Below, piece after piece: positions 35,433-47,103 of a stretch of DNA of 64,000 nt (position 1 is the first letter of the stretch; each line of letters starts with the position of its first letter). The position numbers and the translations under genes are program-made. The notes beneath the pieces were generated by a model. That model had not been told where the DNA came from. It made no database searches and saw only the letters and a program-made list of their open reading frames with translations. This DNA is from Lama guanicoe. Taxonomy: Eukaryota. The DNA lies in contig MU053629.1 of assembly GCA_013239625.1 (NCBI GenBank), positions 654,676 to 718,675 of the forward strand. The letters are read 5' to 3'.

Positions 35433-36939
35433 GTACAGCTCAGGATGCTGGGGGCTCACCTAGGCCACTGAGAAGCCATCATGCATTCCTCTGTACCACG
35501 TTCCTCCAGGGAAGTCACCTCTGGTTTTTGGGTGGTGGCATTTGATTTCCCATTCAAAGGCGGGAAATCATCTTCTCTTGGCCCTCCCCAGGGTCTTTAA
35601 GAGGAGAACCAAGAAATACACATAATTAAGGCTTATTTATAAGTTATGTTTTCTCCCACAGAATGTGTAGGCGAGGGTCCTTGGGAAAGAAAAACATAGT
35701 GTGTGGTTATTAGGGGACTAAAACCATCATACCTGCCAGGCACCTGCTCATTGTTGACACCCAGCTTGCACAAAGCCAACATGTATTGTTTTCCAGTGAA
35801 TTTCATTTCTCTTCCTAGTACTTCAGTTCAAAGCAAAACATGGTGCAAGGTGACCATGGCATGTGTTGCTGTTGCCTTGGGGCAGTAGATCAATAAGAAA
35901 ACCTCCCTTACTATAGGTTTACAAGTGGAACGTTTCTTCAGCCCGGTGCGTCCCCTTGCTGCTTAAGGTGACCAAAGGTGATGACAGCATGACCTTTGCT
36001 CTCGGGGATGATTTTGTCAGAATGATTGTTTCACAATCAGCATGCACCCCAAGTTTCCACAGGGTTCTGGAACCTGGAGAGGAGGTCGGAGGCTCCTCCC
36101 AGCATTTGTGTCTTAAAGCAGCTGCCTTCACACGGTCACTGGATCTCAGTGGGTCTCCACCCAAGCTGACTAACTTGAGAGAACACTTCTGGGAGGATTT
36201 GTGTGGGATTCTGACCTACAAGCTATAGGAATTTATATTACGTATGTATTTTTAGCGTGTTTTGTTGCATCTCTAAGATCTTCAGATCGGTTGCATGGTG
36301 CAGCAGAGAAGACTCTCCATGAAGAGTCAGAATCACAAAATAGTGATCTCAGAGCTAAGTTCCTGAGTGCCGACTCTGTGGCATTTATCCCACCCGATAG
36401 CCTCATCTTAAATAACCTTCACAAGAGCTCGGCGGCAGAGGAAGCCTCCCACTGCGCGTTTGTGGGAATGAGATGGCTCTGCTGAGTTGGCCAAGCTCAC
36501 AGGCCAGGTGGGTGTGCAGTCGGGACTGAGCCTGCGCCCTCTGGAAACGCAGGCCGACCCCGCCTGGAGCAGGGCTGGGAGGACTCGAGGAGAGCACCAG
36601 GGAGGACGGCTGATTAGTCTCAGAAAGAGGGAAAGGACCCTGCGCTTAAGGGTGGCTGGAGGCACGCAGGGCAGAGGGGCAGCATCTGGAAAGGCACAGA
36701 GAGGATTAAAAAAGAACTGTGATCTCTTTAGGAAACAGCGCCCAGGCTGGTGCACATGGAGCCTGCAGGGTGTGGGGGCACTGGGGTGGGGCGGGGGGAG
36801 GCTGGGCTGTATCGTGCAGGCCTCCTCTTCACGCTGGGGGGCTGGGGCTTTATTGTAAGCAGTGGGGAGTGACGGAACCCATCCACAGTGGAGAAACACC
36901 ATTCTGCTGGCAGCATGGATAATGTCCTAGACTTGCATT

Positions 36940-37086
36940 TTTTGTCTTTTTGGTGAGAGAGGTAATTAGTTTTTTGTTTGGGGTGGTTTTTTCTTTTTTT
37001 TTTTTTTAACGGAGGTGTTGGGGATTGAACCCAGAACCTTGTGCATGCTAAACACATGCTGTACTACTGAGCTACACCCTCCCCCA
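36940..37086 (-). mobile_element. tRNA-Ala-derived SINE (Vic-1-like) with perfect 13-bp TSD
   Basis: ggggattgaacccag...actgagctacaccctcccc; TSD ctagacttgcatt at 36927-36939 and 37087-37099. Confidence 0.9.
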
Positions 37087-37944
37087 CTAGACTTGCATTA
37101 TTTTTTTAAGTCCAGTTTTTCATTCACGTATCTGGCGACTATTAAGAGACTAATCCTGGGCATGCTGAAAATACGGAGAGCCAGCCCTGGCCTGCAAGTT
37201 GTTCTGCATCGTCTGGCAAAACAAAACCAGTTGCAGGAAGAGCAAGACCGCCCTTTCGGCTGTGACTGGTTAGTGGCAGGAGCCCGAGTCAGAGGACCAG
37301 CGCTTTTTGCTCCCTCCCCAGACTGCCAGATGTGTTCTGGGTTATCTTTTCTCCAGGGCTGTTTACTGCCACGTCTCCACCCCTACCTGAGGGGACTTCA
37401 TTCTCAGCAGAATAATTTCAAATTAGGAGGTTTCTGGATGTTTCAAATGTCAGCACCTCTGCTTGGACTGCAAGTTTGGAGCAACTCGTGGAATTCTGTT
37501 TTACACCGAGGAACCTCATGGTTGGGCGCATCTGTAGTCAACACTGTAAGCTTTATAATGACATCTTTTGCTTGGAAGCCGTGGCCAGAGACCAGCGTGG
37601 GATAGTTTTCAGTGAATGACCTGAAACACTGGGCGATGAACATGGGCCGAGTCTCGGCAGCGCAGGAGGTGACGTCGGTCCCTCACTGTGAGCAGTCACC
37701 TGTGCTGCCTGCAGAATGACAGGCTTGTCACGGAACTGCCTGCGACACCACAAGCTGGCGCGTAGCTCTTCCCCTACGAGGCCTGAAGCAGAGATTCATC
37801 CCCTTGGGTGCTGTTCTTTGGGCAGATGTTTACTAGGTGCTACTTGCTACGTGCTGGGTGATAGATGTGTGTGTTACATGTCATAGGCCTGGTTTGCAGA
37901 GAAAATGTGTTTCAAGTGTGGTTACGTGGTTATCAGTGGCTTTG

Positions 37945-38130
37945 ATTCGGTGAAAAACGGGGTAAGCTTTGGGGTCCAATGTAATTGGATTCAAATTCAA
38001 GCTCTGCCTCTTGCTGGCAAATTACTTCATTTGTTTCCTCATCTAAACAACAGGGTTCCTAATGAATACCTCTCTGTGGTAGTTTTCGAGGTTAAATGAG
38101 ATAAAGTGGCTGCCATAGTAGGTGTTCCAA
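37945..38130 (+). mobile_element. MIR
   Basis: gctttgg..tc...ttcaaa..c.agctctgcc...gtttcctcatct..aa...gaggttaaatgagata. Confidence 0.75.
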
Positions 38131-40723
38131 AAAAAAATTAAACATTGGATAATATTTAACACAGCTCCAGAGCCTGGTGGTAATGAATCACATGATTACA
38201 AGGCGTTGCTGTGTGATCTCACCCTCATCCCACTGAGCGCCCTTCTGCACGCCTTCTCTTCCTCCAGACTCCCTCCCCCCCCCACGCCCTCCTCTCCCAC
38301 ATCTTCCTTGAAGGGTCCCTCTGGCTTCTGCCCGTAACACTTCAGTAAATACACAGCCCTGTCCGCTGTCGGGCAGTTCTGACTATTAGTTGGCTTTTTC
38401 CCCCTCTACTGAAATTGAGATCTGCCCCCTGTAGCCTTCTCCCGTTTTCTAAACGCATGATGTCCAGGCCTGCTCTGCTGGGCTTTGTAGTAGAAGCCCT
38501 ATCCTAAAGAAGCAAGGCTCCCTTGGAAGTAGACTTCAGACACATTTCCAAAAAAAAGAACAGAGTCGGATTATTCTCCTGTGCAGTGGCGTGAGGAGCA
38601 GTAACAGGGAGCCCCTCCAGATTCTAAAATAATGACCTCACCTTTGAGCCTGCTGACTCCACTTCCCGGATCGCCATGGATCGGTGGAGCAGGCCTTAAT
38701 TGAGAGCCTACTGTGTCTTCTGGTGTCTGATGCTTGCGTGCTCCGGCTGCCCGCCGGGGGATTTGGCCGAGGCTGTGTGCTACTCAAGAGGTTTGCCGTT
38801 GGCGTTAGAGGAAGCGGCTCTGGGTGAGCCCTGGCTTAATTGGACGAGGCTTCACAGACTCTGAGCTGACCCTTTAAGGACCTGTAAAACTGAAACACGT
38901 GGCATGAAGGAGAGCAGGCCCTCTAGTGAATCCTCAGCACGAGCCCATGAGAAGGTAATTCGTTCTGGGACAGCCGAGAGCAAGGATGTGTTTTTGCAGG
39001 TTTTGATGCGCCGGGGTGGAGAAGGTGTCCTTGACATTTTCCAAGGAGTTTCAGAGAACTGCTTTGGGGCGTACTGCTGCCCCCCCACCCCGCAAATTTG
39101 CTTCTTAGCCTGCGTGGGAGAGCGGATGGGCGGGTGGCAGGCTGCTCCACTTCTCCCGAGATCTGTGTACTTTGTTGAAGTTGAATGTACAGGATTGCTG
39201 ACATTTTTGTGCCCCCAACAGTCATCTCATCTTAAGTGAGATTTGGAGCAATGCATGCCTTACGCTTTATCTTTTTTACGAATGAGAACCTATTTGTATG
39301 ATGTACTCTCTCTAGAGGATTATGTACAGGAGATGTCAGGCTTCCATTATCAAAGCAAAGCAACCTGCACATTTTGTGTTTTGCCTTCTTTGTGCCGTGA
39401 AATCAGCAATTGACCTAAATTACCCTAAGGAAGAGAGCTTTGCACCCTGACACAGGTGCCTCAGGGTGACCGTCCGGGATCCACGTACTTCACGTCTCAT
39501 CAGATGTTGTGCTGGAAGATCTCGTCCTGATTCCCGTGGCTTTTCAGTTCTGCAGACCGAGTCAGTTCTTATGGCTCACGTAGCCTCTTCCTGAAGTTCT
39601 TATTTCATTTAATGATTCAAAAGAGCTATCGTTTACCATCTCTCACTGGCTTCCTTAGCTTCTCATCTACCAAAGTAAAGATGCTATTTCTTGGGCCTTT
39701 TGGAAGGGCCATTCCCCCTGAGTAGGTGGACCTGGTGCCTGGTTGCAGTGGGATTCTGACACTACCTGGCATTAGGGCAGATTTTCCAGGCAGGGGGCAG
39801 TCCCCTACTAGTCTGCTCTTATTGTAAATGGTAAGATGCCTGTGCCCAGACCATCTCATTAGAATTCCAGTGCATGGCGTGGTTATAATTACCATTTCAC
39901 CAGGGCCTCTGAGCTAGTTAGTGGTGGAGACAGAACTCAACCCCAGCTTTTTCTGACCCTGGGACCTTGGCTCTGTCCCCTGCATCTTGCTACCCCTCAA
40001 AGTGTTTTTCTAGGGAGCCCAGTACCACCATTCTTTCATTCAGTCACTGCTCCGTGCTTGACACGTGGTTAAAGCATCTCTGAGGACCATTGAGAGGAAC
40101 TCGTGAGCCCTTGGGCTTTGCCTGTGGAATGTCTGTCCCTGGAGAGATTTCCTCATTCTTCCCTCCAACCTCATGGCATGTAATTTGGAGCTATGTAACA
40201 TAGATCCAAAGCCCGTGTAGCTTTCTGCAGATTTCTCTCCTCCATGTACCTATATTTCCATAATCCAGTCATATTTGCATAAAGAGAATTATGGTGTGTT
40301 GGGCAACTTCGAAAAGAAGTTCATTGGATTGTGAACACATTTTTTCTTAATAGAGTCTTTTAAATTAAATCTGTCAACTTGTATACTAGGGAATCTGGCA
40401 TTCTCTTTCCATCACTGTGAACATAGTAACGTAAAATTAGGTCATAAGATGCTGGTTGATGTTGGTAATTTTTTTTCTCCTTTTGATTGCAAAAAGAGAT
40501 CTTTATCTAATTGTCTTTTTGATCTATATTTTGCAAACAAATGCACAAGCATAATAAAGAAAAAGAAAAAGTGTAGAATACATTGTTGTACTCCTTAATG
40601 GGGATACAGTTTTATATTTTGCTTTTTAAGGTTGTCTTTAAAAGAAGTGAGGTGATTTTTGAGAGACTGAGCACCATTGTCTTCTGCTTACGGAAACATT
40701 TCACACCCTGCCCCCCCATACAG

Positions 40724-40870
40724 GCACAGCACACCCACGACGCCATCACGGAGGCCGCCCAGCTCATGAAGGAGGCAGTGGACGACATCATGGTGACACT
40801 GAATGAAGCTGCCAGTGAAGTGGGGTTGGTGGGAGGTATGGTCGACGCCATTGCAGAGGCCATGAGCAAG
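40724..40870 (+). CDS. TLN2: TLN2 exon O, AQHTHDAI...EAMSK, R9/R10
   Basis: cccccatacAG|GCA ... AAG|GTgggt; 147 nt, phase 0-0. Confidence 0.96.
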
Positions 40871-41229
40871 GTGGGTGCAGGCTCCCAGGCGCTCTCCTTC
40901 ACCCTGTGACCCTACTTCCTCCAAGGTGTCCCTCAGACGTGGGCCCAGGTGCTGTGCTCTAGGGAGATGTCAGTCAAGGCTGACACCAACAAGCCTCCTC
41001 TTTTCTGATTAATGTACGAGTGTTCCATCATACGTCTAACGTGTTCTTTGTTATTTATTATTCGTTCATTACTTTTGTAAGCCAGTTGCACCCTTCCTTC
41101 CTCATTGACACAAGGGGAAACAGAGATGGAGAAGGCATCACTGGCCCCCTCCCTTATAAAATGGAAATAATTATTTACTTCCCTGATAATCATAGAGTTG
41201 TGCTAAACAAACCCCACAATGAAGTAAGG

Positions 41230-41413
41230 AAGTGATTCTCAAGTGCTGGCGTTCAGCATGGCTAATTTGAAATCACTGGGAGCTTTTTAGAATGCACATT
41301 CCTAGGCCCTGCCCCAGCCCTGATCACTTGGAATCTCTAGGTGTGGAGCCTAGGAATCTGTATTTTTAAATCTCCCCTTAGTTCTGGGATCTAGCCAGAT
41401 GTAGAAGCCACTG
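41230..41413. mobile_element. MER5-family hAT-Charlie element
   Basis: agtgattctcaa...aatcactgggagctttt..aatgcacattcctaggccc...gaatctgtatttttaa...agccactg. Confidence 0.7.
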
Positions 41414-44049
41414 AAGCGGCCGAGCACGAAAGCCCTTGTGGACCACAGCCATAGGTCACGTGGGTGTCATTTCTCCTCCAGTGACCCCATTGGTTGGGTT
41501 GGGTCCAGAGGGAAGGATGAGTGGACAGGCTCTCCTGCTCTCTCCCCGGGGAATCCTTCACCAGTCGTGTCTGCTGGATACTCATTAGAGTTAACAACTG
41601 TTCATCAACATCTAATTGCTGGTCCTCTGATAGCATAGCCAAGAATTTCAGACTTCGTCTGTGTTTTGAAATGTCCATTGTCAGATTGCGAATACATTAA
41701 TGTGGTTTTTTGGGATAATAGGTGGTCTTTAATTGCTAATTTAGAGAAGATTGGTTGGTTCATCTCGCCATAAGCAGCCGACAGCCTGAAGCTCTAATTA
41801 GGATAATCCCCCTTAAACACGATACAAGCATTATTGGATGGTTAGAGTCCCAAGCCGGGCTGGGTTGCTGAGGGTCCCTTAAAGACCCCAGGCTTGCCTT
41901 GTCAGAGCACACTGGTGATTTCTGCTGTGGGCTTCTCATGCTTCACGTTTGGGCAGTTTGACAGGAAATGAGTGACATTCCCCTCTTCCTCAAGGCCCTT
42001 GGGTAAGTCTCAGTGGGTTTGTTTGGCTTTCAGGACGTCAGAACACCAGAGCTTTGAAATTAAGCCATGTATCTACCAAGCATATTAAATAATGGAGCTC
42101 AAGTTTTCTCAACACAAATTAGAAATTTAAGTGATAGTCCTTTTCTTCTCGGGAGATATTTTTCACAATCACTGTAATGATAGGGAAGAGTTCCACCAGT
42201 CCCTGGAATATGGAAGGTTTTTTTGGTTTGTTTTTATGGACTTTGAGCCTTGCCTATTGTGTTGGGTCTTCAAGAAGGAAAGTGGCTCTTATACTGTCTG
42301 ATTTCAGGGATGTAAAAGCTGCTGTCTCGGCCCAGGACACACTTGATTGTTTTGGTAGGGCTGAGAAATGGGTCTGGTATTACATGATAGTAAAAATTAG
42401 GAATTGCTAACAACATGAGCCGCAGAGTTCTGCAAAGCATATCACTGGGGTTTCACCGATACCCGTAAACTCCTGTCAACCCTGACCTGACACCCAAGGT
42501 ACCACACAGTGCCTCTTCCCCATTGCCCCTTTGCTAAGCTTACCCCAGCCTGCCCATCACTGGGGACTGTGTAGTAAGTGATGTCTCAGGTCCTTTGAGC
42601 CCCTTAGCAGTAACACATTACAAATAAGGCATTTTCTATTTGAGTTTTGGTTATTTGGTTAAAACGCTGATGCACTGTTAGAATCATTTTCTAAAATCCT
42701 GAAAGGCAATGACTGGCAGAAAAATTCAAGTGTATAATCTCAGAATAAAGGGAAGTTCTTCAACTAAATAAATTTCAAATCCTAAAAAAAAAAAAATCAC
42801 TACTTTGTTCTTACTTTTCTCATTGTGTTCACACTGGTAGAGGTTCATCATGGTGGCCGGTGGCCACTGTGTTCTAAGCTGCCCTCTATCGCCAACATCC
42901 TGGCCTGTTTGCAGTTACACCGCATCTTGTGTGAAGGCTCCCAGCACATGGACCAACCCTTAGAAGATGTCCAGTCAATTTATACTGAATGTATAAGTCC
43001 ACAGCTCAACCCTCAGTTGAACAGCAGGGCCCCCATGGTGTGATGGAGATACTTGGCAGTGTATATCTCTCTGATAAAGAATGGAGAAGAAATCTACCCT
43101 GGGGTTTGTGTTGTTGGTTTGGTAGAAATTACATCCCAGCCTATGCAACCTCATACACTAGGCTACGGTGATACATTGATTCAGCTCGCACTGTCACTTG
43201 GATCTGGTCGTGACATGTAGCTCCCATAGATGACTCCATCTAACCTTTTCTTACTTGCCTATGGTCCCTGTCTCTTCCCAGACTGCCAGCTATCTGGCAG
43301 AGAGCTACCAGGGAGGGCTTGTCAGGTGTATCAATGCCTACTCCAGACCCCACCATTTCCTTCATGATTCCGAGGTTCTTCATCAAACAGATCCAGCTTG
43401 ATTCCCACCCCCTCACCAGCTCCCTTCTGTTCACCATCCTCACTCTTCCTATATTCATTTCTCTTCACCTTGTCTCCTCACGTAGAATATCATTCAGCAA
43501 GAAGTGGTGACAGTCACGATGACGATGGTGGTGAGGATGGTGGCCTTTTTCCTCATAACCATCACTGACACTATCACCATCATCATCAACTTCATTATCA
43601 TGGTCAGCCTCTCCTCTGCCTTCATGTAGCTGTTCACGTAGGTGAGAGGTATTATCTCAGTTGACCTTCACTCCAACCTTCTGATGCTTGGAAGTCTCCT
43701 CAGAGAAGGACTTGAGATTCAGTTAAAATACCCAGCTTGAGGCTCCTTCACAAGTCCTGGAACCAGGTCTCAAATCCAAGTCTTCTGAGCCCATGAGTCC
43801 CCAGTCCTTCTTCAAAGGACAGAGCCACTGTCCCACTTCTCCACCTCTTCCGTTCCACACTGATCTTGCTTATCTCTCAGTGCCGATAGTGCTAGAGTCA
43901 GATGAGCAACAAGTTATTCCTGGTGTTTGCAATGCCTTCTCTTACCCACTTAGATCAGCAGTGAGGGTTCTGGGGGATAGATATCCATGCCCTGCACCAT
44001 TCCTAGGGAAGCCCTTCATGATGTAGGTTCTGCCTCCTCCCCCAGCTGA

Positions 44050-44290
44050 CTGTCCGACACTCTGACTTCCCTACACCTGGGCTCTCACCCACCTCTGTAC
44101 CCTCAGGCACTGCTCCCTCCCCTCGGGACTCCTTCCCCACCTTTTGTTTGAAGCAGACTCCTTACCTGGTATGACTTGCCCAGCCGTCCTTCCTCTGGAC
44201 AGCCCTCCCCTCCCCGCAGACAGATTGGGGTCTCTCCTTGCCTGTGTGCCTTGAGTGCTTTGTATACGTCTCTCATGAGGTCCTTCTCAC
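44050..44290 (+). mobile_element. L2 fragment
   Basis: Pyrimidine-rich L2 body pattern (ctgctccctc...actccttac...ttcctct...agccctccc). Confidence 0.45.
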
Positions 44291-44411
44291 AGAAGCTGGG
44301 GGATTCTGCTCACTCGAGGCCAAAGAAGCTCTGAAAGCCTCTCCATTTTTCTAAAGCCCGCACTTCAACAGGCCTCTGATGACCTTTGGGTTCTTTCCCT
44401 CTCGTCTGTAG

Positions 44412-44513
44412 CTGGATGAAGGCACTCCTCCAGAACCAAAGGGGACGTTTGTCGACTATCAGACGACGGTGGTTAAATACTCCAAAGCCATTGCGGTAAC
44501 AGCTCAGGAAATG
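44412..44513 (+). CDS. TLN2: TLN2 exon P, LDEGTPPE...TAQEM, R10
   Basis: ctcgtctgtAG|CTG ... ATG|GTaaga; 102 nt, phase 0-0. Confidence 0.96.
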
Positions 44514-45938
44514 GTAAGAGGAAAATGGGCTGCCCCCCCCCCCCGTTGCCCTCTTGTCCACCGCATCACGGAGTCCTCAGATCTGGGGTCTGTGCTGGAG
44601 AGAAATTGGTCCTTGCCACCAGCCTCCCCCTGGGCCCCAGCTTTGTCCTTATCTGTGGTCTTTCTGGCTGCCTGTGGTCTCGAAGCCCCAGGCCACTAGA
44701 CATTTCATCTCATGAAAAAGCTCTAAAAGGGAATTAATGATTGACTGAGACTTGGGCATGAGGACAGGGGAGCAAAGGAAAGAGAGAAAATTAGAATCAA
44801 GGAGGAAATGAGAAGGAAATTGCAAATTCCAGAGAAAGAAAAAATATCCTATTTATCTCACAGAGGACTTGAGATGTCCTTCTAGATTAAAGTTACAGGA
44901 CAAGAGAAGACATTTGGGGATAGAAGTGAGATTGTCTGATGGAATCAAATTATAATACTTGGACTGTACTTACAATGAGCAATAACATATTGCCAGTCTT
45001 TCAGGCAAAATAAAAGTGTGGTTATATAAAAAAATTTTTTTCTCCTGACAGCAGAAGGCATGTAAATTTTAGAGGTAATTTTTATTTATTCGTTTTTTGC
45101 CAAAATGTAATGCAATCCATTTGTATCATATGGATGTTTAGACATAAACGGCATTGAGAGACAGTGAATGTTATCAATAGGTTAAAAAGTCGTACCAAAA
45201 AATAACAAATGTTGTCCTCAGATAATTAATAGACATACATAGTAAGAAAGTTCTTAACTTCTGAAGGCTCAGATGTCACAGGATAAAACTGAAAGGCGCC
45301 TTTTTGTTGCTACCCCCCGCTTCAGCCGGAGTTTGAGGGACGAGACTGCGCCGCCACGTGATTCCTGCCCCATCAGGCCCAACGCCTCTCTGGACGATTT
45401 TGTCATGTAGTCGTGTGTCCACTAGAGGTTGAGCTTGGACCACAAAGGCTTCCCCAGCTGCTGCTGCTCTTTCTTAGAAACCCTGCAGTTGTGCCAGGCT
45501 CATTGTTGAAAAGGACTCGGGCTGGGGAGGGAGGGAGGAACAGTGCCCATCTCAGCGACTGGGAGGAGGCTGGAGTCGGCCCCGATCTGGCCCTGCTCGA
45601 GAGCTCAGGGGGATGCAGGTCACATCTGGCAGCCCTCGGTGCCAATTCCTCCGAGCAGGGAGCGCAGGGCAGCTCACCAGAGTGGGGGAAACAGTTCCAG
45701 TGGCCTCGCGGTGTTTCTGGAATATCTCCTGGGCTAGGCTCTCGGCCAGCCTGTCTTGACCCTGCGTGTCCACACTTGAGGAGCCCGGCTCCTGGCTGTG
45801 TCAGCACTCCTGAGGTGGCTGGCGGGGTCCCTGATCGGGTGAGAGTCCTTTCACCACCCCAGGTGGACCCCAGAATCACTGTGGCCTCAAATGGAACAGC
45901 TCTTGGCACAGCCTTGTTCTCTTGGGGTTCGGCATGCG

Positions 45939-46032
45939 TTCCTTGGGAACCCACACCTTGGCCGAAAGCCTGTGACACTTCCTGATTCCTTGGGAACCCA
46001 CACCTTGGCTGAAAACCTGTGACAAAACCTGG
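45939..46032. repeat. 47-bp tandem duplication
   Basis: ttccttgggaacccacaccttggc(c/t)gaaa(g/a)cctgtgaca starts at 45939 and 45986; 37/39 identical. Confidence 0.9.
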
Positions 46033-46983
46033 CACATGTTCATGTCCAGCCTCAGTGGCTGCAGAGTCATATAACAGGTTTTTTGTTTTTTTGTTTTTTC
46101 TCTTAAAGCCCTTTAAATACAAAGAATTCAGATGCCACAGAAAGTACTGTTGTCTAGGGAACAGGTTGGGCAGGTGGGAAGCCTTGGACCCAAGAGGGAC
46201 ATGGATACCTTTCTGGGTGGCAGGTTCAAACTGCCTTTGGGAACTAAGAGGCATTTTTTTATCAGAAGAGGAAAAAACTAGAAACGAGCATGTCCACTAG
46301 GTAGAGTAAGTTAAGTTTTTCTTTGAAACGGGGGAAAATAGAGAATATCTTGAGAGTAGAAAAGGCAGAACTTGACCATTTTGGCTGCAGCGTACTCTTC
46401 ACTAAATTTGTGGCTGAAACGTGGTCGTTCTTTGGCACAATGTTACTCCAAAGCTGTATTCTGTGAGTTTCTTCCTCCAAAACAAAACGTTAGGTGTGTC
46501 CATCACTTGAGCCACGATTTTCTAATGACCCTGTCCTCATGCCCCCCTCAGCGGTGCGGGACCCCCTTCTGGGTTCCCAGAGACCAGATCAGCCCCAGAG
46601 CCACGTGTGACCCGGGTGTGCGCTGCTCGGAGCTGCGCCCCCTTGCGGTTTCTCTAGGGAACTTCCCTGGGGACCCCACGGGGCAGGGCTGGCTGGACGC
46701 TGTGTTCTCACCTCCCAGAGAGGGGACCCTGAGGCCCGGCCTCCACGCTGCACGGCCTGACCCTGAGCATGCTGCCACTGACCCGGCCGGGACCTGCTGG
46801 CCTGTGGTGCGGGATGCAGCACCCGCTTCACTTAAACCGCCCTCTCCAGCGTCCAGCCCCCAGTGCGAGCCAGAAGCTTGAAAGTGAATGAAACCCTTTG
46901 GCTTCCGGTGATATTAACCCGTGGTTCTCACGCTTTTCTCTGTGTGTATGTGTGTTTGTGTCTTGCTTGTTTTCTTTTTCCAG

Positions 46984-47103
46984 ATGACTAAGTCGGTTAC
47001 TAACCCGGAGGAGTTGGGAGGACTGGCTTCACAAATGACCAGTGACTATGGGCACCTGGCTCTCCAGGGCCAGATGGCAGCAGCCACGGCGGAACCAGAG
47101 GAG
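46984..47103 (+). CDS. TLN2: TLN2 exon Q, MTKSVTNP...AEPEE, R10
   Basis: ttctttttccAG|ATG ... GAG|GTctgc (weak donor); 120 nt, phase 0-0. Confidence 0.95.

Noticed and set aside
45403..46254. 283-aa minus-strand ORF
   Set aside because: Starts with ATG but the product is Pro/Ser/Gly-rich with no recognisable domain, runs through a tandem duplication, and fits chance in GC-rich intron.
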